Below are positions 28,414 through 43,058 of a stretch of DNA of 64,000 nucleotides, one piece after another. Made by a program: the position numbers and the translations under genes. Position 1 is the first letter of the stretch. Each line of letters opens with the position of its first letter. The notes beneath the pieces are model-generated. The model did no database searches. It was given only the letters and a program-made list of their open reading frames with translations, and had not been told where the DNA came from. Origin of the DNA: Dictyostelium discoideum (Eukaryota); the NCBI GenBank assembly GCA_000004695.1, contig CM000153.2, positions 1,056,001 to 1,120,000 on the forward strand, read 5' to 3'.

Positions 28414-31242
28414 ATTAATAAAATTCCATTTGTTTATTATAAAGATTGTAATTATGAAACGAGAAAAAAGATATTACAATTAAATTTAGTTGAAAAAAAA
28501 GTAATTTATAATAGTTCAAAATTTGAAATTAAATTAAATGGTAAAAATCAAGATGAAGAAATTGATGAATTAAAAACAAGTATTCATGAATTTTTTCAAA
28601 TATTTGGTAAAAAGTATTTTCAAACACCAATTCATATATTAAAAAGAATTGAATTGATTGAATGTAATTATGATGGTGTTGGTGGTAGTGATGGTGATGG
28701 TGGTGGTGATGGTGGTTCTATTTCAAAATCTAATCAAATTAAAGAATTGATGGAAATTTTATTAATTGAATGTCAATTTGATTTTAATTTATTTAAAATT
28801 TATTATCAAAGATTTAATGATACAAAAGTATTAGATAAAACAGATTCAATAACTAATAATAAATTTTTATTATACTTATTTCAAACAATGGATTGTAATG
28901 GATTATTATATTTTACAAACAATCATATATCTGTAACATTAAATGAAAGGAATTCATATATAGCATCATCTAATAGTATTACAAGTGGTGGTGATGGTAA
29001 TAATTTAATAATTAAAATATTTAATCAAAATTATCCAATTTTTCAAATTAAATTATTAGAATCATTATTAGAAACTAGTGATGGTAGATATAGAATTATT
29101 GAATTTATTAAATTTTGTAATAATCAAGATTTAATTAAAATTGAGATATGGGATACATTAATTAGATATTTATTATATTCGAATAAATGTGATTGTAAAT
29201 TTTTAGATAAAATTATTTCAATCGATGGTTTCAATAAGAAATTAGTATTATTAAAATTAAAAAAACTGTCAAATCAAATTAGACCATTTGAAAAATATAA
29301 ATGGTATATTGAATCTGTTAAACAATTTATTAAACCACTTGAATATTTTGAATATAACAGTTTTTGGGAACGTAATGAAATTGAATCGATTGAACATGTT
29401 GATTACATTTTTGAAAATAAATTATCATCATTTTATACACAACAAGTTTTAAATGAAACAAATAATAAATTAATTGAAATTAATTTTAAAATCTTGGATA
29501 TCAATACTGCAAATCATTTTCATAATAAATTTCCATTCATATCAAAAGAACAAATTTATACAGATTGTTACATTAATGCATTAATTAATTGCACTGATTT
29601 AAAAACAATAGATTTAATAAATAATTTACAAGTTAATATAAAGTCAATACAATCAAAATTAAATTTTAATTCAAAATTAGAAGACTCAATTCAATTATTA
29701 ATATATTTATGTAATTATTGCAATAATTCATTATCATGGCAACCTGATTTCTTTTTTAATTTCTTTTATTCATTATTAAATTTTATTTTTAAAAATGATA
29801 ATTCAAATCACATCACTCAAGAATTATTAAAAGAAGTTTCATTTAATAATTTTTATTTTGAAAATTATAATTGTGAAATGATTTTATTATTATCAACATT
29901 TATTTTAGAATTAAATTTACAACAAGTTAAATTTTTAATATCAAGTTTTAATTTTAATTTTAATAATCAACAACAAATTCAGCCAATTAATATTTTTAAA
30001 ATATTTCCAAATCAACAACAACAACAACAAGATCATCACCATACTAATGATTTTAAATGTATTGTTGAAATGATGAATTACCTTTTAGATAATGTGGTAC
30101 CACCATCATCATCATCATCATCATTTTCACAAATAATATTATTTGATGAAATTTTTAATCATTTATTTAAAAGATTATTAATATCAAGTGATATTTCATT
30201 TAATGAAATTTTAACAATAAAATCATTTTTAATTTCAAATGGTATAAATTTAATTGATGATACACCATTTCATTTATTTAATTACCTTTTAATTAAATCA
30301 CCTTATTTTTTAAAATATATTTTAAAATCTCATCCAGAGGGTATAGAACTAGGTGAACATATATCAATTCAAAAAATAATGACATCAGAATTATTTAAAC
30401 CAGTTAATAATGATAATAATGTAGAAAATCAATCATTTATTTTTAATTCAAAGTTTTTTACACTCGATTCAATTATAAAAAGTAGTTTTAATCAATTATT
30501 TCAATTATTATCTTCACTATACTATTCAAATTGGTTAAGTAGAGGTTTAGATAGAAATAATTTCGATTTTAAATTTATATTATCGATTGGTAAATTTGAT
30601 TTAATGTCTGAAATGTTATTAAAAAAACAGTTTAAACCATTTCCAATAATGATACCACAAATTTTAAAACTACAAGATATTAAATTAATTAAATTATATA
30701 TAACTAGTTTAATAGAATATTATCAAAATAATGATAATAATAATAACAATATACATGTATATAGATTACTTTTAGAAGCAATCAAAACATCAAATTTATC
30801 AATTACACAAATAATTTTAGAGAATTTTAATGAATTTAATTTGGATATTGAAACATTGGATAAAACAATTAAAGACACCATTAACCTTTTTGAAAAAACT
30901 GATTCTCAACTTATCACCTACATATTTAAACATCATTTACATCTATTTAAATTTAATAATAATAATGATAATAATAATAATACCTCATATAAAAAGATTT
31001 TTGAGCAATTTTTCATCAATGGTTCAATAGAAGTAACTCAACTATTTTTTGAAATGTTCCCTTCTCAATCATCCAAAGATTTAGAAATCACTAAAGATAT
31101 GATATCAATAGCCCTTAATCGTAAAAATATTAATATTATTAAATATTTTTATCAAAATGGTAAAATTTCAAAAATTCCACTTATCAATCATATTAAAGAA
31201 TCTTTAAAAAATGAATTGGATCTTATTGACTGGTTAGAATAA
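27586..31242 (+). CDS. Large (1218 aa) Asn/Ile/Lys/Phe-rich protein of unknown function, single exon
   Basis: A 3.66-kb uninterrupted ORF in roughly 80%-AT DNA cannot arise by chance, since TAA/TAG/TGA are frequent there. ATG sits in an A-rich context. No recognisable catalytic motif. A short GGSDGDGGGDGG tract and homopolymer Asn runs are present. Confidence 0.6.
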
Positions 31243-31507
31243 AAAAAAAAAAAAATGAAAAAAAAAAAATTAATAAGTTTTATTTGTTTTTATTTTTTTT
31301 TTTTTTTTTAATTATCTCTTTATCATATGTCTATAGTAATCAAAAGATATTCCTAATATTATACCTTTATAAATTAAACAAAAAAAAAAATAATAATAAA
31401 AATAATAATAATATTATTATAATTATTTTTTATTGTATTTTTTTTTTTTTATTGTTTTGTTTTGTTTTATTTTTTTTAAAAAAACAGCATGAAATTAATA
31501 AATTTTT

Positions 31508-31756
31508 TTAAAAGTATTTTGATTCTGCGATGTTGTTGGATTTAATGTAATCACCAAAAAGTGTAACTAATTCTGATTTATATGAATCCCATTCTTCATT
31601 ATTTGTTGAGGAAGTTGGGTTTATTCTTTGTGAAATTTCTTTTAATGATTCTTTGATTTGTGGAGTAATTCTAGCACGACTATCAGAGGTGATTAAATCG
31701 AAATGACGAGCAACTTGTACGTTAAATTCTTCTTGTGAGATTGTTGAGTAGTTCAT
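31508..31756 (-). CDS. Small hypothetical protein (82 aa)
   Basis: ORF MNYSTISQEEFNVQVARHFDLITSDSRARITPQIKESLKEISQRINPTSSTNNEEWDSYKSELVTLFGDYIKSNNIAESKYF has non-repetitive composition and higher GC than its flanks. ATG is preceded by an A-rich stretch. No homology recognised. Confidence 0.4.
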   Translation of the reverse strand: MNYSTISQEEFNVQVARHFDLITSDSRARITPQIKESLKEISQRINPTSSTNNEEWDSYKSELVTLFGDYIKSNNIAESKYF

Positions 31757-31815
31757 TTTTGTTATTTTAAAGTTTCTTTTTTTTGATAATAAAATTTTTT
31801 TTTTTTTTTTTTCTT

Positions 31816-31860
<45 letters not shown>

Positions 31861-32092
31861 ATTTAAAAATTGGAAAGGTAATCGAAAATAAATTTCATTG
31901 TTCATTAACTCATAAAAATAGGTTGGAATTTAATCCATTTGCAAAATTGGTACAAAAAAAAATATTTTCCCCCCTTTTCCTGAAAATGTTTTTTGAAAAA
32001 AAAAAAAAAAAAAAAAATTTAAGAAAATCATAATAGTTCATTTTCGTTGTGAATATTTTATATTTTTTTTTTTGAATTATTTTAAAATAATT

Positions 32093-32124
<32 letters not shown>

Positions 32125-32346
32125 CAAAAAGAGATGTTCAATTATTGGATTATTATTATTTTTAAATAATAAAAATTTTAAAAACTAATGAAAAAAAATT
32201 GTTTAGTTAATTTTTTTTTTTTTTTTTTTTTTACTGATTTTGGCTCCACCATCCACCAAAACTTCATAATATTTGATCGAAATATCTTTTTAATTAATCG
32301 CCACTAATAATGATATATTTTAATGAGAATATAATCATATTTTAAT

Positions 32347-32475
<129 letters not shown>

Positions 32476-32741
32476 TATTATAATTATTAAAAAAAAATAA
32501 TTGAATCCCTTAAAAAAATAATATAAAAAAAAAATATATTTACATATCTCGATATCTATTATCATCTCTTTTTTCACCCCATTTTTATAATTAAAAATAA
32601 ACTTTTTTTTTTTTTTTCCCAATATATATTATTTCCTTATTTAATATGTAAATAATATTTAATAATTATAATTATAATTTTTATTGTTGTTATTGCCTTC
32701 ATTACAATAACAATTTTATTGAAAATGGAGTGTGCCGAAGG

Positions 32742-32784
<43 letters not shown>

Positions 32785-33061
32785 AAATTATAAAAAAAAT
32801 TAAAATTAATATATTAAAAAATATATATATATATTTATTATTATAATAAATAAAAAGAGCCTTACAATTATGTCTATGTGTATGCATAAATTAAAACAAT
32901 TAAAAAAATTAAACCTTAAAAAAAAAAAAAAAAAAAATTAAAAAAAAAAAAAAAAAAAAATAAATAACTTTTTTTATTTTTTTTTTTTTTTTATTTTTTT
33001 TTTTTCAGTTTACATAAAACACACCAAAGAAGAAGAGATAGTTTTAATTAATTAAAAAAAA

Positions 33062-33599
33062 ATGGATAATAGTAGCGGAGGAACAAAATTAAATGAAGAT
33101 ATTGATATATTTTCAACATTTACATCTGCAGCAAATCATTTAGCATTATTATATAAACAATCAATTAATATAAAGAAACAATCCTATCTCAAAGGATATA
33201 ACGACTCTTTGGAAAATATATTAGATTTCATAAAAACAAATAATATAGATTCAATATCTTTACTCTTAAATTATATAAATAAAGAAAAAGAAAATTTAAA
33301 AGAGACAAACATTAGCGATCATAATAATAATAATAATAATAATTCATCAAATACTAAAAATACTAAAAATATCAATAACAACAATAACAACAACAATAGC
33401 GATAATAATAAAAATAATATTAACAATAGCGGAATAAATAAAATAGATAATAAATTAGAAAAAACAAAGATTTTATTAAAAAAAGATATAATTGTAAAAA
33501 ATCCATTTGAAAAACAAAATTTAAATATTCAACAAAATAGTGTAAACCCATTCACAACTTCTCTTCATCAAACTCAAAATAATAATAATAATAATGGCG

Positions 33600-33688
<89 letters not shown>

Positions 33689-33884
33689 GTACAACAACAA
33701 TTAATAAACAATAAAAAGAGATTATTACCCAAACTTTATTACCTTAATGGACAGAATCATAATAACATAAATGTATATAACACAATCAATAGCGCACAAC
33801 AACAAAATAATAATACTGTAAATGAAATAGTTTTTGAACAAAATGAACATCACCAAATGCAAGATCAACCCCTTGATCAGCATC

Positions 33885-33946
<62 letters not shown>

Positions 33947-34168
33947 CCGCAACAACAATTATTAAATCAACATATACAAGAACAAGAACATCATCAATCA
34001 CAAATTTATCATAGTTTTAATAGATTTAACCAAAATACAACAAATATATCATTTTCAAATATTATACCACAACCAGATCTTGGTCAAGATTTCATTGGGA
34101 ACAATCAATTGTTTAAAAAATATAAACAATCTTCGGCAATATCGGATCAATTTATGGATCCAAATTAA
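33062..34168 (+). CDS. Poly-Gln/Asn-rich hypothetical protein (368 aa), single exon
   Basis: ORF MDNSSGGTKLNEDIDIFSTFTSAANHLALLYKQSINIKKQSYLKGYNDSLENILDFIKTNN... has two long (CAA)n poly-Q tracts and a non-repetitive N-terminal ~80 aa. Confidence 0.5.
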
Positions 34169-34215
34169 CTTTTATAGAATATAATAATAATAATAATAAT
34201 AAATAATAAATAATA

Positions 34216-34252
<37 letters not shown>

Positions 34253-34620
34253 TATTAATTATTTATAATATAATATAAGTAATTGTAAAATAAATAAATA
34301 AATAATAGAACCATGTAAATAAAATCTTGTTTTTTGTTTTAAAAATAATATATTTTTTTTTTTTTTATTTAATTTTTATCATTGAGAACAAACTATGTAT
34401 AACCTCAATATCTTTTCAAAATTTAAACCTTTGGCAATTTTTTTTTTATTTTTCACTAATTCTTTGATTTGACATACCTTCTAATAATTTGTGTTCTAAA
34501 TAATGTGTACCTGAATTATTTGTTCACCAATAGTTGTTATCTATATCTTGTATTATATTGCACCTAATTGTCCATTTGCATCTGTGTTTTGGCGATTTTT
34601 TTTTTTTTAAAGTAAAGATA

Positions 34621-34652
<32 letters not shown>

Positions 34653-35244
34653 ATTTTTGGGAAAGAACGATTTCTTTAGTTTGGAAGATAAAAAAAAAAA
34701 AAATAAATTAAAAAAATAAAATCTTAAAAATGATTCAGCGAATGGTGTGAATTTTTTAAAATTGGTTAATTCGAATTATATTATTTTTATATTTAATTTT
34801 TTTTTTTTATCTTTCAAACTAATTCATTGGTTTTTTTTGTTTAATGGGCTTTATTAATAACTGATCACTTCCCCAATTTTTTTTTTTTTTTTTTTTTTTT
34901 TTGCTGGCAATATTCCACCAATCTGATTAAAAAAAAAAAAAAAAAAAATTTATAACTTCATCTATTATTAAGGGTTTATTTTTTTAATTTTAAGAATTTT
35001 CATTAATCAAAATTAAAAACCATTAAACGTTTTCTGATTGTATGATAATACCAAAGATTAGAATTTTAAAAATGACCTTTGGTTTTTTTTTTTTTATTTT
35101 TTTTTATTTTTTTTTATTTTTTTTTTTATTTAAAAAATTAATATAAAATAAAGAGCTTTTTTTTTTTTTTTTTTAATTCATCAAAATAAAATCTAAAATA
35201 AAGTAAATAAATAATTACAAAATAATTAATTAAAAAAAAAAAAA

Positions 35245-35694
35245 ATGGTTGTTATTACAGTTAGTTATAAAGTTCATATGACTTATTATTCAGAATCAGC
35301 TGGTTCAATCGGTACTGATGGTATAGGTCCATGTGTTGGTATTATTGCTAAAAAAACAAATGGCACTACTTTCTGTGCTCATATCGCTTCATCTATCCAA
35401 GGAATAGATGCCAATCTACCATCTATTACAAGTAAAACAACAGAATTAATTAATAAATATTTAAAAAATGTAGATTTAGTTGAAATGAGTTGTGTAACTG
35501 GAAATTTAAAAGATAAATCCGCAAATGCAATTTACAAAGGTATCACTAATGCATATGGTGCTAAAGTTAAGGCATTAGTTGAAGGTACTGGTATTTATTT
35601 CAAAGATGGTGCTGTTGGTGTTGTTAAAGCTGAAACAATCAAAGGAACCGTTGAAGGTCCAAACGCCTTTGATGGTCCAATGGATGTCAAATAA
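35245..35694 (+). CDS. Small (149 aa) Gly/Thr/Val/Lys-rich hypothetical protein with strongly biased codon usage
   Basis: MVVITVSYKVHMTYYSESAGSIGTDGIGPCVGIIAKKTNGTTFCAHIASSIQGIDANLPSITSKTTELINKYLKNVDLVEMSCVTGNLKDKSANAIYKGITNAYGAKVKALVEGTGIYFKDGAVGVVKAETIKGTVEGPNAFDGPMDVK. Start context is AAAAAAAAATGG. Codons are dominated by GGT/GTT/ACT/GCT/AAG-type choices. GC is clearly above local background. Confidence 0.55.
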   Translation: MVVITVSYKVHMTYYSESAGSIGTDGIGPCVGIIAKKTNGTTFCAHIASSIQGIDANLPSITSKTTELINKYLKNVDLVEMSCVTGNLKDKSANAIYKGITNAYGAKVKALVEGTGIYFKDGAVGVVKAETIKGTVEGPNAFDGPMDVK

Positions 35695-35923
35695 AATAAT
35701 TCATTGACCCAATGGATATTAAATAAAATAATAAAAATAATCTAATAATAATTAAAAAATAAAATTTTCATTTTCCGTTAATTTTTAAACTATAAAAAAA
35801 TAAAAATAAAAAAAAACAGAATGGTTACATTCATTTTATTTTTATATTTTATATCATTTTGTATTTTTGAGTGCTCTATATTTATATACTAAATTCATAT
35901 TAAAACTAAATAAATTAAATCTT

Positions 35924-35996
<73 letters not shown>

Positions 35997-36737
35997 AAAT
36001 AAAATGAAAAAAAAGAAAATATTTTTATATATTTTTAAGTGGCAAATAAGAATGTTTGTTAATAAAAAAAATAATAAGATCAGAATAATAACTGATTCCT
36101 TAATAATAAAATAAAAATTAATAATAAAATAAAAATTAATAAAAAATTAAAAAATAAAAATAAATTTTATTAAAAGTTATAACCATTAATCCTGGGGGAT
36201 ATATTAAATTTTTAATTTTACAATGTTTTTATTTATTTTTTTATTTTTTGTTTTATTTTATTTTTTTATTTTTTTATTTTTTTTTTTTTTTATTTTTTTT
36301 TATTTTTTTTTATTTTTTTTTTATTTTTTTTATTTTTTTTATTTTTTTTATTTTTTTTTATTTTTTTTGGTGGGTTGAATATCTCAAAATTTTGGGAAAT
36401 TAATTATTTTTAATTTATTTTACCAGGATTAAAAAAAGAATTCGTTTAAAATTGGTATTCGATGAGTTTAAAGATAGTTACAATTTTTTGTACACATGAC
36501 CAGAATTATCATTTAACTATTCATTTGAATTTTCCTGTTTAATTTAATTTAAAATTATTTAATTTAACAAAAAAAAAAAAGAAAAAAAAAAATGTTTAAA
36601 AGGGAAGAAATATTTTTTTTTTTTATTTTTTATATATTCAATAATTAACAATACTCAATAATAATTAAAATTTTTTTTTTTTTTTTTCACTCAATAATTT
36701 TATAAATATCCAATTTTTTTTTTTCCTTAAATATTAA

Positions 36738-38270
<1,533 letters not shown>

Positions 38271-38706
38271 CCATTTTTATATGTATAGATATATATATAT
38301 ATAAATACTCTTCAAACCTGTATAAATTTGTATATTCTTTATCTTTTTTTTTTCTTTTTTTTTTTCTGTTTATTCTTTTTTAAAAAAAAAAAAAAAAAAA
38401 AACAAATTATAATTAAAATAATTTAAATAAATTTCTTATTCAATTTTCCTAAATTAAAAACTATTTAATTTAAAAAAAGGTAACATTTATTAGAAGTTTC
38501 CAAAAAAAAAAAATTTTTATTTTGATTGTTGCTTGGTGTTTGGGCGATCAAAAAAAATATCTAAAAATAATTTTTTTGAATTTTTGTTTTTATTTTTTTT
38601 TTTTTTTTATTTTTTGATGGGGTTTTTTTGGATGTTTTATTTTTTTTTTTTACTTTTTTCCTCTTTTTTTGAAAATAATATCAAAAGTTATCAAAACAAC
38701 AAAAAA

Positions 38707-39472
38707 ATGAAAATTATAAAGTATTTTTATACTTTCATACTCTATTTTTTATTTTTATTTAATTGTTTGGCGTTTGTTAAAAGTGGTGACCTGGAATGTA
38801 AAAATAATTTATTATTAAAATATCAAGTATTTGCAAATACTTTGTGCGATTCAGCAGAAGTTAATACCACAACAATCACTTTTCGTGCAACTTGTATAAA
38901 TAATATTCTTTACACTTTGTAAATATCAACTTGAAGTAATAATAATAATAAAAATAATAATAATTAATAACTAATTTTAAAAATTAATTTAAAATAGCCA
39001 TATTACTCCAACTGCTAGCGCACCAAATGTTACATTGACTTATGATGATTTGAATTGCTTCACAGATCTTTCTGATATGTAATTATTTAAAATATATAAT
39101 TAATTATTTTTTTTTTTAAAATAAAAAAAAAAAAAAAAAAAAACATGGATTTTAATAGTGTACAATAATTAAAAAAAAAAAAAAAAAAAAAAAAGGGTTT
39201 TCACAAATGTTAGATTCAATGGAAATGCATTTGGACAGGAGAATCAACAACAGGTAGCAAAAAGACTTTATTTTATTAATTGTACATTTGAGTCTGGTGA
39301 AATTGGTGATTCCCTTTCAAAAAACACAACTCTAGTTTGGATTGAATTTAATGAGAATTCAAATTTAAAAAATATTTATTTTTTAAATATTAAACATTTA
39401 GAAACATTGTAATTATAATTTAATATTATTTCCTATGGCCTATAAGTTTCAATTTTAACTAACTTTTTGGTG

Positions 39473-39512
<40 letters not shown>

Positions 39513-42500
39513 AATAAATAAACTTTAATAGTATACTAACTAGAATAGGCGATTTGGCTAAAATTCCATATATTGATAATAATCTTCAAAATCCTTCATA
39601 TCATTTTAAAGAAATGTTTGTATAAATTAATATTATTATTATTAAAATTTTCTTTCCAAATATTAATTTCAGTTTGGAAAAAAAAAAAAAAAGAATATTA
39701 GTTACAGAACAATTAATGTCATTTAATGGTTTAAATTGTTCAAGAATGACTATTACACTTATAAATGCAACAGAACAACATAGTGGATTAGATTTTTTAA
39801 ATACCATTAATAGTATTGATGAATTGAATTTAGATTTTGGTGATAATTTAATTGCCTTTCCAGGTATAATAGGTTCAAACAATAATAAATTAAAAACTCT
39901 TTCAATTTCAGGTAAATTTAAAAAACCATCAATTATAGGATTAACTATTCAAGAAGGCCTTCAAGAGTTTTCAATTAATGGTGGTGGTGAATTATTTAAT
40001 ATTAATGGTGCTTTACCATTCTTAACTATTCCATCTTCATTAAAGTTATTTTATATTGCTGATATTGGTTTAACCACTTTTCCAACCTTTCCACTTAATA
40101 TTGAAACAATGTAAATATATATATATATATATAGTTTAATTTTTTTTTAATTTTTTTTTTAAATACTAATTTTAAAATTTTTTTTTATTAATTTATTATT
40201 ACTATTATTATTATTAAAAAAAACTATTAGATTAATTTATAAAAATAATTTTGGAGGCATTTTACCAGATTTGTCAAGTTATAAAAAATTATCACATGTT
40301 TCTTTAGCAGAGTGTGGTTTCACTGGTACAATTCCAGAAAGTTATTGTATGTTTACTGGTACTTTAAATAATAATTCACTTACTGGTTTTTGGCCCCAAT
40401 GCAAAATATGTTATTTTGATAATTTTGAAGAAAGTTTTGATGGTAATCCATCACTAGAGAAAGGAAATTGTGGTATGTATTATAAATTAAAAATAAAAAA
40501 TAAAATATATATGATTTTATATTAATATTAATATTAAAAAATTTAGAACCAGGATCAATTGTTCCAAATTTAGAATATTATAATGTTTCAAATGAAATAA
40601 CATTATATGGAGAGAATTTAGGCATTTTCGGTCCAGGTAATATTTATAATATAGGATTTAAAGTAATAAATAGACAATCATTATTTAAAGCAATTTGGAA
40701 TGAAACAGCCAATGGTATAATTCCAAATATTATTGAACTTAATTTTGGTGGTACTAATTTTAAATTAGCAACTAAATCTTTAAAACCAATAGTTCAATCT
40801 ATTACAAAGCTTGGTTCTAATTATGCTTTTAAAGGTGAAAATTTCTCTTATAATAAAGAACATTTTGAAGTTAAAATTGGTGGTGTACCATGTGAAATTA
40901 ATTATATTGCTTTTGAAATTATTAAATGTAGTTTCAAAACATCAATATTACCAAATAATGGTATAGATATCAAATCAACAATTCAAAATTTTAATATAGA
41001 TCAAATAATTTCATTCACTGTAAATACAATTGATAATAAAACAACAGATATTTTAACATGTGCATCTGAATGTCTTAATGGTGGTTTTTGTAGTTCAACA
41101 AGTGGTAATTGTATTTGTGGTGAAATATATAAAGGATCTGATTGTGCTATTTTAAAGACATGCCAAAACAATTGTATAGATTCAAATCATGGATATTGTA
41201 ATTATACAAGTGAAAGTTGTGTTTGCGTTAATGGTTGGTCTGGTAATGATTGCTCAACTATGGTTTGTACTTCTGATTGTAGTGAACCTTTAGGTAATGG
41301 AAAATGTGATACAACCACTGGAATTTGTAAATGTTCTCAACAATATACCAGTGATGATTGTAGTTTACCAAATCAATATATTTCATCAGTATCATCAGTA
41401 CCAACAAGCGGTGGTGTTGTAAATATCTGGGGTTGGTTTGGTACAATACATTCAGGATTATCAATTATGATTGATCAACAAGTTTGTCAACATGATGTTA
41501 ATTCAATTACTAGTAGTTTTATAAATTGTACAGTTGGTGCTGGTAGTGGTACACAATCAATTACTCTCACTCAAAATGGTATTACATATACTGGTAATAA
41601 TATGTTCCATTATACTGAATTAACATATAGTTGTCCAAAAGATTGTTCAAATAATGGTAAATGTAATACAAATACAGGTCAATGTAAATGTAATAGTGGA
41701 TGGGGTGGTTATGATTGTAATTCAAAAAAAACAACTCAACCATCAACATCATCATCATCATCAACAACAACTACAGCATCCTCTTCAACAACTGGTTCTA
41801 CTGAGACACCAACACCAACTTCAACACCAGTAGTTGAAATTCCAAAATCAAATACTACAATCAATGAAGATTTAGGTTCAGCAGTTATCAATAATCAACA
41901 GACAACATATGAAATTTCAATTTTATCATTAATTGAAACTGATTTTTCAAATAATATTGTAAATACATTTAATTTATCAAAGAAATGGACAGCTTCAGTA
42001 AGCACAGATAATATCTATAAATTTACTCAAACAATTCAAGAATCATGTAATATCACATACACTATTGAAGAGATTAAAACAGAAAGAGATTATCAATGGG
42101 CAGGTTTAGATTTAACATTGGATAAAGATTCAATCAAAATTTCAGTCTCAATTAAAAATTACACTTTTAATAGTGTTTTAAATAATCTTCAATTAAGATT
42201 TGAATCATTAGTAGGTGATAATAATAAAAATACTCAAGATAATAATGAATGTAATAATAAAGATACTCAAGTTGATACAAGTGAAATCGATAAAAATCAA
42301 TTATTAAATTATGTAACAATATCAAGAAATCAAAAAGTTTTATATGGTCGTTTCATTAATAGAGTTATTAGTGATTCAAGACAAACTTTTATAACAACCT
42401 CTGTAATTCCAAATAATAATAATAATAAACAATCAGTGATCATTGGATTAAATCTTCCACATTGCACGCATGAATGTTTAATTGATCCTGATTTCTCTGT

Positions 42501-42702
42501 TTTGGTTTCACCATCATATCAAGAATGTTCTAGTGATTTAAATAATGGTCGTGCCAGTTGGGTATTACCTGTTGCTATCGTTGTACCTTGTGTTGCTGTT
42601 GCTGCCATTATTATTATTAGTGCGGTATTGTATAAAAAGAATCGTTTATCTTTTTTGATTGTCAAAAATAAGTTAAATAATATAAAACTTTCCAAAAAAT
42701 AA
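38707..42702 (+). CDS. Paralog A of a tandem family of type I membrane glycoproteins (signal peptide, LRR-like segments, IPT/TIG domains, four tenascin-type EGF modules, Ser/Thr stalk, TM helix, short cytoplasmic tail); 7 exons approx 38707-38918, 38998-39078, 39196-39408, 39532-39615, 39673-40110, 40231-40472, 40547-42702
   Basis: Signal peptide MKIIKYFYTFILYFLFLFNCLAFVKS. LRR-like exons such as ...LNIETM / ...LSHVSLAECGFTGTIPESYC...NSLTGFWPQCKICYF match the plant-LRR-like LxxNxLxGxIP pattern. The 2.16-kb last exon holds IPT-like KGENFSYNKEHFEVKIGGVPCEINYIAFEIIKC. EGF modules are CASECLNGGFCSSTSGNCICGEIYKGSDC, CQNNCIDSNHGYCNYTSESCVCVNGWSGNDCS, CTSDCSEPLGNGKCDTTTGICKCSQQYTSDDCS, CPKDCSNNGKCNTNTGQCKCNSGWGGYDCN. 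Then a Ser/Thr stalk and TM helix WVLPVAIVVPCVAVAAIIIISAVLY plus tail KKNRLSFLIVKNKLNNIKLSKK. Phase-consistent GT...AG introns were derived by eye. Confidence 0.7.
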
Positions 42703-43058
42703 AAAAAGTAAAATTGTGAATAGAAAAAAAAAAAAAATTAAAAAAAAATTAAAAATAAAAATAAAGAAAAAAAATAGAAAAAAAGAAAATTTAATTTAAT
42801 TTAAATTAATAAACATATCCGAATACCATTTGTAACACTCACATTTGATTGTGTTGATCAAAAAAAAAAATTTTTAATCAAACCTTGAATTGTGAAAGGT
42901 CAGAAAATCTTAAATTACTTGAAATTGAGAAAATAAAAAAAAAGGTTGGATATCCTAAATGAGAGTCCAAGGTGGTTAAAAAAAAAAAAAAAATAAAAAA
43001 TAAAAATTAAAAATTTTCAAAAGAAATCGTGGTCACAAATAACAATCAAAAAAATAAA

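Noticed and set aside
33725-34001. Minus-strand ORFs 33725-33958 and 33786-34001 (poly-L, poly-V)
   Set aside because: They are antisense to the (CAA)n poly-Q tracts of the 33062-34168 gene.
38533-38706. Upstream extension of the track ORF 38533-38922 (MVFGRSKKISKNNFFEFLFLFFFFF...)
   Set aside because: It begins on a non-ATG start, and the first 58 codons are poly-F from a T-run. The genuine start is the ATG at 38707 (MKIIKYF..., signal peptide), by analogy with paralogs B and C.
43029-43058. GTG-initiated extension of the paralog B first exon (MVTNNNQKNK-)
   Set aside because: This is a eukaryotic gene. The in-frame ATG at 43059 gives a canonical signal peptide aligned with paralogs A and C.
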